Source: Gammaproteobacteria bacterium (lineage in GTDB: Bacteria; Pseudomonadota; Gammaproteobacteria; Natronospirales; DASSBR01). From it: a stretch of 64,000 nucleotides of DNA. The position numbers and the translations under genes were made by a program. The stretch spans positions 19,182 to 83,181 of the forward strand of contig DASSJY010000002.1 in the NCBI GenBank assembly GCA_035690945.1. The letters are read 5' to 3'. Every line of letters begins with the position of its first letter. Within the stretch, counting starts at the first letter, position 1. The notes beneath the pieces were generated by a model. The model was not told where the DNA came from, searched no databases, and saw only the letters and a list, made by a program, of their open reading frames with translations. Positions 40,185 to 50,261 of this stretch are shown in pieces.

Positions 40185-40619
40185 ATGGCTGAGACCGAGC
40201 GCGAGCACTTCGGCGTGATCGTCGGCGAGCTGTCGCGGCTGTGGCGGCGCAAGCTGAATCAGCGCCTCAAACCGCTGGGTTTGAGCCAGGCAAAGTGGAT
40301 GGTCATCCTGCATCTCAGCCGTGTGCACGGCGGGATGGTTCAGCATGAACTTGCCGAGCGGCTGGCGATCGAGGCGCCGAGCCTCGCGCGCCTGCTCGAC
40401 CGCATGGCGACCGGCGGATGGATCGAGCGGCGCGAATCGCCGGAAGACCGGCGTTGCAAGACCGTCCACCTGACCCGCAAGGCACACTCCACCGCGCGCC
40501 GCATCGACGCCACTATCCGCGAGTTGCGGGAAGAACTGCTGGCCGATCTGACGCCTGACGACCTGGCCCATTGCCAGCGGGTGTTTCGGCTGATCGCCCA
40601 ACGGGCGGAAACGATCTAG
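40185..40619 (+). CDS. MarR family transcriptional regulator (EmrR-like position)
   Basis: 144 aa. Winged-HTH region LSQAKWMVILHLSR....VQHELAERLAIEAPSLARLLDRM, followed by RRESPEDRRCKTVHLT. It sits upstream of emrAB-like genes. Confidence 0.85.
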   Translation: MAETEREHFGVIVGELSRLWRRKLNQRLKPLGLSQAKWMVILHLSRVHGGMVQHELAERLAIEAPSLARLLDRMATGGWIERRESPEDRRCKTVHLTRKAHSTARRIDATIRELREELLADLTPDDLAHCQRVFRLIAQRAETI

Positions 40620-40667
40620 ATATGAGCAGGAGCGATCGCTCCTGCAATTGATTCTCAGGAGATATAC

Positions 40668-41684
40668 GTGCGCATTATCAAGTGGGCTGTTGCCATCGTC
40701 GTTGTCATTGCCATTGTCATCGGCGGCTATTTTTATTGGGAGCACTCGCAGCGTTATCCGAGCACGGACGACGCCTATATCGGCGCCCATGTTATCCATC
40801 CAGCGCCCGAGGTCTCCGGCGAGGTTGAAGCCGTCAATGTTCGCAACACCGAGCATGTCAACCAGGGCGACCTGCTGTTCAAGCTCGACCTGACGCCGTT
40901 CGAGCTGGCGGTCAAGCAGGCCAAGGCGCAACTCGAGCAGGCACGCGAAATGAACGCCGGCCTGAAGGCGGCAGTTGCCGCGGCACGCGCGGAAGTCGCC
41001 AATCGCGAAGCGCAGCTTGATAAAGCGAAGCTGGACGCCAAACGCACGCACAAGCTGGTCAAGAAAGGCTACCGCACAAAGGCCCAGGGGACCGACGTGC
41101 AGGCGGAGTTGAAGAGCGCCAAGGCCGCGCTCGCGCTCGCCAAGGCCAAGCTGAACCAGGCGGTGCAGCAACTGGGCCAGAAGGGTGAAGGCAACTATCG
41201 CGTCGTGCAGGCAAAGGCACAACTCGGCCTGCGCAAGTGGCAGCTCGCGCATGCGGTGGTTTATGCACCCTGCAGCGGTGAGGTCACCCAGGTGCAACTG
41301 CGCCCCGGCGATACCATCCAGCAGGGCCGCTCGCCGTTCGTGCTGGTGTGCGACAACAAGGTCTGGGTCGACGCCAATTACAAGGAAACCGATATTGCCG
41401 CCATTCATCCCGGCGACCAGGCAACCATCAGCGTCGATATGTACCCGAACAAGACGTTCCATGGCCGCGTGATCGGCATCAATCCGGCCGCGGGCACGGC
41501 GTTCTCGCTGCTGCCGCCGGAAAATGCCACGGGCAACTGGGTCAAGGTGACGCAGCGTGTACCGGTGCGCGTGCTGATTACGGATTCCGATCCGGCGCAC
41601 CCGCTGCGCGTCGGCACCAGTGCCGAAGTTACGATCGACACTCAGTCCGGGCCCGGCGAGCACAAGGTTGCCGACAACCGCTAA
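40668..41684 (+). CDS. emrA: HlyD family secretion protein, EmrA-like adaptor
   Basis: GTG start with AGGAG 7 nt upstream. N-terminal TM helix, the YPSTDDAYIGAHVI motif typical of EmrA, and a coiled coil. Confidence 0.8.
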   Translation: MRIIKWAVAIVVVIAIVIGGYFYWEHSQRYPSTDDAYIGAHVIHPAPEVSGEVEAVNVRNTEHVNQGDLLFKLDLTPFELAVKQAKAQLEQAREMNAGLKAAVAAARAEVANREAQLDKAKLDAKRTHKLVKKGYRTKAQGTDVQAELKSAKAALALAKAKLNQAVQQLGQKGEGNYRVVQAKAQLGLRKWQLAHAVVYAPCSGEVTQVQLRPGDTIQQGRSPFVLVCDNKVWVDANYKETDIAAIHPGDQATISVDMYPNKTFHGRVIGINPAAGTAFSLLPPENATGNWVKVTQRVPVRVLITDSDPAHPLRVGTSAEVTIDTQSGPGEHKVADNR

Positions 41685-41703
41685 GCGCCGGTAGCTGTAA
41701 ACA

Positions 41704-43236
41704 ATGCCAGCGCAAAAGCTCGGCTCGCGCTTCCTGATTACCGTCGCGGTGATGTCCGCGACGGTAATGCAGGTGCTCGACACCACGATCGTCAATGTTG
41801 CCCTGCCCCACATGCAGGGCGAACTGGGTGCGAACCCGGACCAGATCACCTGGGTCCTGACCAGCTACCTGGTCGCGTCCGGCATTTTCATGCCGCTGAC
41901 GGGTTACTTCACCGACCGGCTCGGCCAGAAGCGCTACCTGACGATCAGCATCACCGGCTTCGTCATCGCCTCGATGCTGTGCGGAATTTCGCAGACGCTG
42001 CCCGAAATCGTGCTCGCGCGCCTGCTGCAGGGCATGTTCGGCGCCGGCCTGTCGCCGATCTCGCAGTCGATCCTGATCAACACGTATCCACGCGAAAGCC
42101 GCGGCCGTGCGATGGCAATCTGGGGCCTCGGCATCATGGTCGGGCCGATTCTCGGTCCGACGCTCGGCGGCTGGTTGACCGAGATGTTCAACTGGCGCTG
42201 GACCTTTTATATCAATGTGCCGGTCAGCATCCTGTCGCTCGCGCTGACCTGGCTGGCGGTACCGGAAACCGAGCGCAAGAAGCGCACCACCGACTGGACC
42301 GGCCTCGCCCTGATCGCAATGGGCATCGGTTGCCTGCAATACGTGCTCGACCGCGGCAACCAGAAAAACTGGTTCGACTCAGGCTTGATCACCATTCTGG
42401 CGATTCTGTCGACCATCGGTTTCGTCGGCTTTATCTACCATAGCCTTCGCAACAAGCGACAGGCGCTGTTCGACCTGCGCATTTTCAAGGACCGCAATTT
42501 CGCCACCGCATCTCTGCTGATCACGGCCCTGGGACTGGCGATGTACGGCACCCTCGTTCTGCAGCCGCTGCTGCTTGAAGGCCTGCTCGGCTACCCCGTC
42601 CTGACGACTGGCATCGTGATGGCCCCGCGCGGTATCGCCAGCGCCATCAGCATGTTCATGGTGGGCAAGCTCATTACCCGCTTTGAGCCGCGCATCATGG
42701 TCGGCTTCGGTATCGTGCTGTCCACGCTTGGCACCTGGTTCATGACGCAGTACAACCTGCAGATCAATCTCTTCTGGGTGATCTTCCCGATCGTGATCCA
42801 GGGCTTCGGTATGGGGCTGATCTTCGTACCGCTCGCGACCGTCGCCTACTCGACCTTGCCCAATGAAAGTTCCGCCGAGGCCGCCGGCATGTTCAGCCTG
42901 GTACGCACAATCGGCTCGTCGGTCGGCATCGCGATCGTGGTGACGCTCCTGTCACGCCATACGCAGATCGCCTGGAACCAGCTCGGCGGCCACATCACCT
43001 CCAGCAACCCCGCGGTGTGGCATTTCCTCAGCCGGCTCGGCCTGTCGCCGGACTCGCCGGCGGCGGCCGGGGTCTTCGCAAAGCTGGTGGGCAGCCAGGC
43101 GCGTATGACCGGTTTTCTGGACGCATTCCTGGTCGTCTTTGTAAGCTTTATTTGCATGATTCCGCTGGTCGCGATCATGCGCCGTGTGAACCGGCCGCCG
43201 GGCGGCGGGCATGCCGCCGCGAGCGCGATGGAATAG
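41704..43236 (+). CDS. emrB: DHA2-family MFS efflux transporter, EmrB/QacA-like (14 TM)
   Basis: 510 aa. The motif VLDTTIVNVALPHMQGELGA and the overall DHA2 pattern are present. Confidence 0.85.
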   Translation: MPAQKLGSRFLITVAVMSATVMQVLDTTIVNVALPHMQGELGANPDQITWVLTSYLVASGIFMPLTGYFTDRLGQKRYLTISITGFVIASMLCGISQTLPEIVLARLLQGMFGAGLSPISQSILINTYPRESRGRAMAIWGLGIMVGPILGPTLGGWLTEMFNWRWTFYINVPVSILSLALTWLAVPETERKKRTTDWTGLALIAMGIGCLQYVLDRGNQKNWFDSGLITILAILSTIGFVGFIYHSLRNKRQALFDLRIFKDRNFATASLLITALGLAMYGTLVLQPLLLEGLLGYPVLTTGIVMAPRGIASAISMFMVGKLITRFEPRIMVGFGIVLSTLGTWFMTQYNLQINLFWVIFPIVIQGFGMGLIFVPLATVAYSTLPNESSAEAAGMFSLVRTIGSSVGIAIVVTLLSRHTQIAWNQLGGHITSSNPAVWHFLSRLGLSPDSPAAAGVFAKLVGSQARMTGFLDAFLVVFVSFICMIPLVAIMRRVNRPPGGGHAAASAME

Positions 43237-43245
43237 GGAGTTTTT

Positions 43246-43704
43246 ATGTATTACAAAATCGTGTTGGCTTATGACGGTTCGCTCGGCGGACGCCGTGCAT
43301 TGCGCGAAGGCGCCAACATCGCCATCAAGTTTCACGCGGTCACGCATCTGCTCGCGGTGATGAAGCCGGCGTTCGGCACGCAGATCGGTCATGGCTTTGA
43401 CATCGGACACATCGCGGACACGGAACTAAATCACTTCCAGACGACTCTAGATGAGGGCGTGGCAATGTTGGAAGAATGGGGTCTTGACGCGACGGGGCAT
43501 CTCGTTCGCGGCGACCCGGTCAACGAGATTGCGAGGCTCGCCACGGAAGTCGAGGCGGACCTGGTTGTCGTCGGCCACGGGGGGCATGCCGCCCTCTCCC
43601 GCTGGTGGCGCACGCCGCTCAGCGCATCGCTGCTCGACCGGCTGGATTGCAGCCTGCTGATCGCGATGCACGGCGAGGCGGCGGATGAAGTGGTCGATAC
43701 ATAA
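43246..43704 (+). CDS. universal stress protein family
   Basis: 152 aa. MYYKIVLAYDGS N-terminus and ADLVVVGHGG C-terminal ATP-binding-like motif. Confidence 0.8.
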   Translation: MYYKIVLAYDGSLGGRRALREGANIAIKFHAVTHLLAVMKPAFGTQIGHGFDIGHIADTELNHFQTTLDEGVAMLEEWGLDATGHLVRGDPVNEIARLATEVEADLVVVGHGGHAALSRWWRTPLSASLLDRLDCSLLIAMHGEAADEVVDT

Positions 43705-43726
43705 ATCGACTTTCCGGAAGGTGAAA

Positions 43727-44890
43727 GTGAAACCGAGATACCTGCTCAGCGCCGCCGGCATTGTGGCCGCCGGCGCTATAGCCTGGCGCATCTATGCAGT
43801 GGGGGCGCCGACCGCGCCGGCTGCGCGGGGCGCCCATCACGCATTTGAAATGACGGTCGACACGATCCGCGTCGGCGCTCAGCCCGTGCCGCTGGTGTTC
43901 CAGGCCAACGGCCGCGCGCAGACCCGCCACAGCGTCACCGTGCGTGCGCGTGTCGGCGGCGTGCTCAGGAAAGTCCTGTTCCAGGAAGGCGACCGCGTCA
44001 AGGCGGGACAGCTGTTGTTCGTCATCGATCCGGAACCGTACAAGATCAAGGTCGAGCAGGCCGACGGTAAAATTCAGCAGGACGAGGCCAAGCTCGCCGC
44101 CGATAAGGCCAATGCCGAGCGCATGAGCAAGTTGATCGGCCACAGCTACGTCAGCCAGCAGGATTACGAAAACGCCAAGGCGCAGGTCAAGCAGGACGCG
44201 GCGACGCTTGCGACCGACCAGGCGCAGCTTGAAGAAGCGAAGATGGAACTCGGCTACACGCAGATTCGCGCGCCGATTAACGGCAAGACCGGCGAAATCA
44301 CCTATAAGGCCGGCAACCTGATTGACGCGAACGGCTCGACCGCCCTTGTCACGATTAACCAGATCTCGCCGATTTCGGTGCAGTTCGACCTGCCGCAGGG
44401 GCAACTGCCGGCGCTGCTGCGCTATCGCAAGGACGGCGATATGGCGGTCGCAGTGGCGGATGCATCCGGCAACACGATCGCGACCGACGGCAAGCTGGTC
44501 TTTATTAATAACGTTGTCGACCAGAACACCGGCACGCTGAGCGTGAAAGCGCTGTTCCCCAACAACAGCCGCGCGATCTGGCCAGGAGAGTTGGTGACGG
44601 TCAGCCTGACGCTGACGGTGCAGAAGGACAAGCTGGTCGTACCGATGGTCGCGGTGCAGCCGGGCCAGCAAGGCAGCTATGTCTATACCGTCGATCACGG
44701 CAAGATCGCGGTGCGCAACGTCGACGTACTGCGCAACTACCACGGCCTTGCGGTGATCGGCAGCGGACTCAAGCCCGGCGATACGGTCGTCGTCCGCGTG
44801 CCGCGCGAACTGCACGAGGGGCTGCCGGTGAAGACGCATACCATCACGCTGGCACAAGCAGTGCCGGAACTGGAGCGCACTGAATCGTGA
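43727..44890 (+). CDS. RND efflux periplasmic adaptor subunit (MdtA/AcrA family)
   Basis: Typical motifs RARVGGVLRKVLFQEGDRVKAGQLLFVIDP and YTQIRAPINGKTG. I prefer the GTG at 43727 (GGAAGG upstream, no overlap with the usp gene). The ATG at 43685 is the ORF-track alternative. Confidence 0.85.
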   Translation: MKPRYLLSAAGIVAAGAIAWRIYAVGAPTAPAARGAHHAFEMTVDTIRVGAQPVPLVFQANGRAQTRHSVTVRARVGGVLRKVLFQEGDRVKAGQLLFVIDPEPYKIKVEQADGKIQQDEAKLAADKANAERMSKLIGHSYVSQQDYENAKAQVKQDAATLATDQAQLEEAKMELGYTQIRAPINGKTGEITYKAGNLIDANGSTALVTINQISPISVQFDLPQGQLPALLRYRKDGDMAVAVADASGNTIATDGKLVFINNVVDQNTGTLSVKALFPNNSRAIWPGELVTVSLTLTVQKDKLVVPMVAVQPGQQGSYVYTVDHGKIAVRNVDVLRNYHGLAVIGSGLKPGDTVVVRVPRELHEGLPVKTHTITLAQAVPELERTES

Positions 44891-47800
44891 ACCTGTCGGC
44901 GCCTTTCATTAAACGGCCGGTCATGACGACCGTGCTGATGGCGGCGATGGTGTTGTTCGGGTTCTTCGCCTACACCAGCCTGCCCGTCAGCGAACTGCCG
45001 AAGGTCGATTTCCCGACCATCGTCGTTTACGCAAACCTACCCGGCGCCAACCCGCAGACGATGTCGAGCACCGTTGCGACGCCGCTCGAGCGCTCGTTCA
45101 GCGGTATCGCCGGCGTCACGTCGATTACGTCTGTCAGCCAGACCGGCCGCACGCGGATCAGCCTGCAATTCGACCTGTCCCGCGATATCGATGCCGCGGC
45201 GCAGGATGTGCAGACTGCCATCCAGGATGCATCGCGCGATCTGCCCGAATCGATGCCCTCGCTGCCGACCCTGCGCAAGGTCAACCCGAACGACCACTCG
45301 ATCATTTACATCGCATTCACGGCCAAGCACCTGGCACTGACCAAGCTCGATGAATTCGCCGAGACGCGCGTCGCCCAGCGACTATCCACGCTGCCGGGGG
45401 TCGCCGAAGTCAACGTCTGGGGCTCGAAGAAATACGCGGTACGCATCTATATCAATCCATATGCGCTGAACGCGCGCGGCCTGTCACTCGCGCAGGTGCG
45501 CCAGGCGATTTCCACCGGCAACAGCAACCTGCCCGCCGGCACGATCAGCGGCGGACTGCGCGACTACACGGTGCGCGCCGAAGGCCAGTTGACCAGTGCG
45601 CAGCAGTACAACGATCTGGTGCTCGCCTACAACAATGGCGCCCCGGTGCGGCTGGACGATGTCGGCCACGCAATCGACAGCGTCGAGCAGAACAAGCAGG
45701 AAACGACTTACAACGGCGGCACGTCGATCGTGCTGTCGGTGCAACGCCAGCCCGGCGCGAACACGGTCAAGGTTGCGCAGGAAGTGCGTGACGTACTGCC
45801 GGCGCTGGAAAAGCAGGCGCCGGGCGGCGCCAAGCTGAATGTCATTTACGACCGCTCGCAGTTCATCAACGCGTCGATCCACGACGTGAGCTTCACGCTG
45901 CTGCTGGCGATTGCGCTGGTGGTCGTCGTGATCTTCCTGTTCCTGCGCAACGGCCGCGCGACGCTGGTCAGTGCGCTGGCGCTGCCGACCTCGCTGGTGG
46001 GCACGTTTGCCCTGATGTACCTGTTCGGTTTCGGCCTCAACAACCTGACGCTGATGGCGCTGACGCTCGCGGTCGGCTTCGTCGTCGACGATGCGATCGT
46101 GGTGCAGGAGAATATCGTCCGTTACATGGAGATGGGCCACCCGCCGCTCAAGGCGGCCATGCTCGGCAGCAGGGAAATCAGCTTTACCGTCCTGTCGATG
46201 ACCCTGTCGCTGGTCGCGGTGTTCATCCCGATCCTGTTCATGGGCGGCGTCGTCGGCCGGCTCTTCAGCGAATTCGCGATCACTATCGCGATCGCGATTC
46301 TGCTCTCCGGTGTCGTGTCGTTGACATTGACGCCCATGCTCTCGGGGCGCGTGTTGCGCCCGGTCATCCGGCACGGTCGCCTCTACCAGATGTGCGAGCA
46401 GTGGTTCGACCGGCTGCGCGATGCCTACGTCGGTACGCTGAGCTATTGCGTGCACCATTGGCGCGCGACGCTGGGGGTCGCGGCGATCCTGTTCGGCGCG
46501 ACGGCGTTCCTGTTCGTGATGGTGCCCAAGGGCTTCATTCCGACCGAAGACTCGGGCGTCATTTACGGCTTCGTGCGCGGGCCGGAAGGCATGACCTTCC
46601 CCGACATGCAGATGCACCAGCGCCAGTTGACCTCGCTGATCCAGCAGACCCCGGGCGTCGCAGGCGTGATGTCGAGCGTCGGCCAGGGCCGCGGCGGCAC
46701 GTCCGGCGAAAGCACCGGCTTCATGATGATCGGGCTCAAGCCGCACAATCAGCGCCCGGATGCTGAAACCATCATCCGCAGGCTGCGGCGCGAGGCCATG
46801 AAGGTCAACAGGATCGAGGCGTTCTTCAGCATCCCGACCGCGATCAACGTCGGTACCGGCCACGGCAACAGTCCGTACGACTACGTCCTGCAGGGTTCCG
46901 ACCTCGCGACCCTGCAGAACGTCGCGCAGGAGCTGCAAAAGAAGGCGGCGCAAATTCCCGGCATTACGGACCTCGACACCGACCTGCAGTTGCGCCAGCC
47001 GCAGATCGACGTGCACATCGAACGCAGCAAGGCGGCGGCACTCGGCGTAAACCCGGCGGACATCCAGAACACGCTCTACAGCGCATTCGGCGGCCAGCGC
47101 GTCAGCCAGATTTACGGCGAGACAGATGAATACGAAGTTCTGATGGAACTCGCGCCGCAGTTCCAGCGCAGCATCAACGCGCTGGATGCACTCTACGTGC
47201 CGTCGCGCAGCGGTACGCTGGTACCGCTTTCCAGCGTCGCGCAGATTACCCCCGGCATCGGGCCGCTGGAAATCAGCCACTACGACGAACTGCCATCGAT
47301 CACGCTATCGTTCAACACCAAGCCCGGCGTGTCGCTGGGCGAAGTCACCGCCCCACTCACCGACATCGCGTCCACCATTCTCCCCAGCGGCGTGACCGGC
47401 ACCTTCGCAGGCAACGCGCAAGTCTTCCAGGAATCGATGCATACCTTGCCGATCCTGCTGTTGATCACGGTGCTGGTGATCTACATGGTGCTCGCGATTC
47501 TGTACGAGCACTTCATCCACCCGATTACGATTCTGACGGCGCTGCCGCTGGCAATCTTCGGCGCACTAATCGCGCTGCTGATCACCAACCAGGTACTCAA
47601 CCTGTTCAGTTTCGTCGGCCTGATTCTGCTCGTCGGTCTGGTGAAGAAGAACGGCATCATCATGATCGACTTCGCGTTGCACGCACGCCGTGATCAGGGT
47701 CTCGACGCCGAAGAAGCGATCATCGAGGCGTGCCGCATCCGCTTCCGACCGATCCTGATGACGTCGGTCGCCGCCATTCTCGGCACGCTGCCGATCGCCA

Positions 47801-48006
47801 TCGGTTTCGGCGTCGGCGCCGAGGCGCGCCGCCCGTTGGGCATCGCCGCGGTCGGCGGGCTGATGTTTGCGCAGTTCCTGACGCTCTACATCACCCCGGC
47901 GTTCTATGTCGCAATGGAAAAGCTGAGCCAGAAATGGCGCGGGGAAAAACGGGAAGAAGTTGATACGGGTGCGCCCCGTGAGATTGAGTCAAGCAGAACT
48001 GCTTAA
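44887..48006 (+). CDS. RND efflux permease (MdtB/MdtC/AcrB family)
   Basis: 1039 aa. N-terminus FIKRPVMTTVLMAAMVLFG, 12-TM RND organisation. The GTG start overlaps the adaptor stop. Confidence 0.9.
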   Translation: MNLSAPFIKRPVMTTVLMAAMVLFGFFAYTSLPVSELPKVDFPTIVVYANLPGANPQTMSSTVATPLERSFSGIAGVTSITSVSQTGRTRISLQFDLSRDIDAAAQDVQTAIQDASRDLPESMPSLPTLRKVNPNDHSIIYIAFTAKHLALTKLDEFAETRVAQRLSTLPGVAEVNVWGSKKYAVRIYINPYALNARGLSLAQVRQAISTGNSNLPAGTISGGLRDYTVRAEGQLTSAQQYNDLVLAYNNGAPVRLDDVGHAIDSVEQNKQETTYNGGTSIVLSVQRQPGANTVKVAQEVRDVLPALEKQAPGGAKLNVIYDRSQFINASIHDVSFTLLLAIALVVVVIFLFLRNGRATLVSALALPTSLVGTFALMYLFGFGLNNLTLMALTLAVGFVVDDAIVVQENIVRYMEMGHPPLKAAMLGSREISFTVLSMTLSLVAVFIPILFMGGVVGRLFSEFAITIAIAILLSGVVSLTLTPMLSGRVLRPVIRHGRLYQMCEQWFDRLRDAYVGTLSYCVHHWRATLGVAAILFGATAFLFVMVPKGFIPTEDSGVIYGFVRGPEGMTFPDMQMHQRQLTSLIQQTPGVAGVMSSVGQGRGGTSGESTGFMMIGLKPHNQRPDAETIIRRLRREAMKVNRIEAFFSIPTAINVGTGHGNSPYDYVLQGSDLATLQNVAQELQKKAAQIPGITDLDTDLQLRQPQIDVHIERSKAAALGVNPADIQNTLYSAFGGQRVSQIYGETDEYEVLMELAPQFQRSINALDALYVPSRSGTLVPLSSVAQITPGIGPLEISHYDELPSITLSFNTKPGVSLGEVTAPLTDIASTILPSGVTGTFAGNAQVFQESMHTLPILLLITVLVIYMVLAILYEHFIHPITILTALPLAIFGALIALLITNQVLNLFSFVGLILLVGLVKKNGIIMIDFALHARRDQGLDAEEAIIEACRIRFRPILMTSVAAILGTLPIAIGFGVGAEARRPLGIAAVGGLMFAQFLTLYITPAFYVAMEKLSQKWRGEKREEVDTGAPREIESSRTA

Positions 48007-48105
48007 GCAGGAGTGGCAGATTTTGGGGCTCCCTGAGGGAGAAGGAGCAAGAACGGAGCTGCCGGACGTTACGACAACGTTTCGAGGCTTCGCCCCGCCG
48101 CGCTC

Positions 48106-49872
48106 TCACCCTCGCTGCGAACCGAGCCAGCGCTTCAAATCAGCTTCCGGCATCGGTTTGGCATACAGGTATCCCTGCCCCACCGCCACGTCGAGCGACG
48201 CTATGTAACGCGCCTCGTCGTCGGTCTCGATGCCCTCCGCGACCGTGTCCAGTCCGAAGTTCCGCGCCAGCAGAATGATCGTGCGAATAATCGCGGCATT
48301 CGTCTCGTTCGAATTCACGTCTTTGACAAATGCCTTGTCGATCTTGAGCGAAGTAACCGGAAGCTGATGCAGGTAACTGAGTGACGAATAACCGGTGCCG
48401 AAATCGTCCACGGCGATGTCGATGCCGCGCTGTCGCAGCCGGTTCAGCTTGTCGAGCGACTTGCCGCTGATTTCGAACAGGGCCGTCTCCGTCAGCTCGA
48501 GTTCCAGTGCAGCCGGAGGAATGCCGAACTGGTCGAGGGCCGCCTCAACCGCGTCGGCGAAATCGTCGGCGCGAACATCCTCGGCGGAAACGTTCACCGC
48601 CACGCGTTCCACACCAATGCCCTGCTCGCGCCAGCGATGGACCGCCTCACAGGCCTCTTGCAGAACCCAGCGATCGATGTCGCAGATCAGACCGGTCGCT
48701 TCCGCCACTTCCATGAAATCGAGCGGCGCAACCAGTTGACCACCCGGCAAGCGCCAGCGCACCAGCGCCTCGACGGCAATCACCTTTCGATCCGCCAGCC
48801 GTACCTGAGGCTGGTACCACAGTTCGAACTGGTTATGCTCCAGCGCCTCGTGCAGGCGCGACTCGGTCCGAATGAACCGAAGCGCCTTGTCCTGGTCGCG
48901 CTTCGAATAGAACGTCGGGCCGGCATCGACGGCAGCGGCCAATGCGCTGATCGCGCAGTCGAGCACGCCCGCCGCGTCCGAGGCATCCTGCGGATACCCG
49001 CCGATGCCGACGCGCGGCGATACGCGGATGCTTTCGCCGTCCACCTTGATCGGTTCCTCGGCGAGGCGCCGGATCCGCCCGCAGACTTCGATAACGCCGT
49101 CCATCGGCAGTCCCACCGGATGAATCAGGCCCCATTTTTCCGAACCGAGTTGCGCGAGTGGCACGTCCGGCCCCAGCAACTCGCGCATGCGTTTCGCGCA
49201 AAATGCCGCCGCGCGATCAAATCCCTGGTGGCCGAGCGACGTCAGCACGTGCGCCAGCGGCACATGCACGACCGTCACGTACAGCGACTTGTTGAGCACC
49301 GTCGCGTCGAGGACCGCGCTGGTGAGGCGGTCCATGAACAAATTCAGGTTGGGCAGGCCGGACAGGCGGTCGTGATTGACGACGAAGGCCAGCCGCGACC
49401 GTTGCGTCAGCGCCAGGTGGCCGGCGCGAAACAGCATTGCCACGCGCTCCATGAATTCGCCACGATCAATCGGCGTCAGGACAAACTCGTCGATGGTGTC
49501 CCAGAATATCCGCAGCCGCCGGCGCAGGTCGCGCCGCGACGCGATCAGAACCACCGGCAGGAACGTCGGTTCCTCGCGCAGTTTGGCGTCGATCAACTGG
49601 CGATGCCAGCGCCGGAAGCCCGCCGCATCGACGATGGCCAGATCAAACGGTTCGCTCGGAAAATGGCCGTCGTGCGGCAACAACACCTGGTGCAGTTCGC
49701 GCAGGTGCCCGGCCAGTTGATCGCGATTACCGCCCGGTTCTACGAGAAGGAGAATGCGGGCTCCGGCCGGATCCGGGGTGTGTTCATCGGTCTCGTCAGC
49801 CCGACCTTCGGCTTCATAGGCGGAACCGCGCCAGGCGATCTGGGCAATTTGTTTCAGCTTTTCTGCGTACAT
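48106..49872 (-). CDS. c-di-GMP phosphodiesterase: degenerate receiver - degenerate GGDEF - EAL
   Basis: EAL domain motifs are intact (AVEALVRW, DDFGTGYSSL, LKIDKAFV, AEGIETDDE, QGYLYAKP). The GGDEF position reads GSEKW. The N-terminal receiver-like fold lacks the acidic pair (LLLVEPGGNR) and has FVLTP where the conserved KP normally sits. Confidence 0.85.
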   Translation of the reverse strand: MYAEKLKQIAQIAWRGSAYEAEGRADETDEHTPDPAGARILLLVEPGGNRDQLAGHLRELHQVLLPHDGHFPSEPFDLAIVDAAGFRRWHRQLIDAKLREEPTFLPVVLIASRRDLRRRLRIFWDTIDEFVLTPIDRGEFMERVAMLFRAGHLALTQRSRLAFVVNHDRLSGLPNLNLFMDRLTSAVLDATVLNKSLYVTVVHVPLAHVLTSLGHQGFDRAAAFCAKRMRELLGPDVPLAQLGSEKWGLIHPVGLPMDGVIEVCGRIRRLAEEPIKVDGESIRVSPRVGIGGYPQDASDAAGVLDCAISALAAAVDAGPTFYSKRDQDKALRFIRTESRLHEALEHNQFELWYQPQVRLADRKVIAVEALVRWRLPGGQLVAPLDFMEVAEATGLICDIDRWVLQEACEAVHRWREQGIGVERVAVNVSAEDVRADDFADAVEAALDQFGIPPAALELELTETALFEISGKSLDKLNRLRQRGIDIAVDDFGTGYSSLSYLHQLPVTSLKIDKAFVKDVNSNETNAAIIRTIILLARNFGLDTVAEGIETDDEARYIASLDVAVGQGYLYAKPMPEADLKRWLGSQRG

Positions 49873-50261
49873 CGCCGTTCCTCCCCGGCATCGGTCGAGG
49901 CTCGCTGCATCAGGTCGTACATCAACTGCTGCAGCAAGCCTTTGCCCACCGGCTTCTCGAGATAATGGGCTGCACCGAAAAAACCTCCGGTTACGCCGGC
50001 AGCCGCTCCGCGCGCCGCCGCCAGTACGATAAACGGCAGCTTGCGGCTACGCAGGATGTCGCACAGCGAACCGGCCCGCGGCCCGAAATCCGAGACATCC
50101 ACGACGGCCACGCCGGGGCCGCCGTCAAGCGCGCACTCGAGCGCAGTTTCATCGCCCACGGCCACGCACGCGGCGCCCAATGGCGCCAATACTCCCTCTG
50201 TCGCGCGCACGTTGCCGGGACGTTTCATGACCAGAATGATCCTGGCCAGTCGCGCGGTCAT
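49854..50261 (-). CDS. stand-alone receiver-like (possibly pseudo-receiver) domain protein
   Basis: About 135 aa. IILVMKRPGN replaces the DD pair, VAVVDVSDF is the Asp context, and YLEKPV retains the conserved K-P. Its ATG overlaps the KaiC-like stop (TAATG). The ORF-track start at 50381 would lie inside the upstream gene. Confidence 0.6.
   Translation of the reverse strand: MTARLARIILVMKRPGNVRATEGVLAPLGAACVAVGDETALECALDGGPGVAVVDVSDFGPRAGSLCDILRSRKLPFIVLAAARGAAAGVTGGFFGAAHYLEKPVGKGLLQQLMYDLMQRASTDAGEERRCTQKS

Noticed and set aside
40155-41849. 564-aa - strand ORF spanning the marR and emrA region
   Set aside because: It lies antisense to two genes with clear family signatures and has no recognisable domains, so it is a composition artefact.
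45484-47280. 598-aa ORF antisense to the RND pump
   Set aside because: Same reasoning. The RND permease on the + strand is unambiguous.
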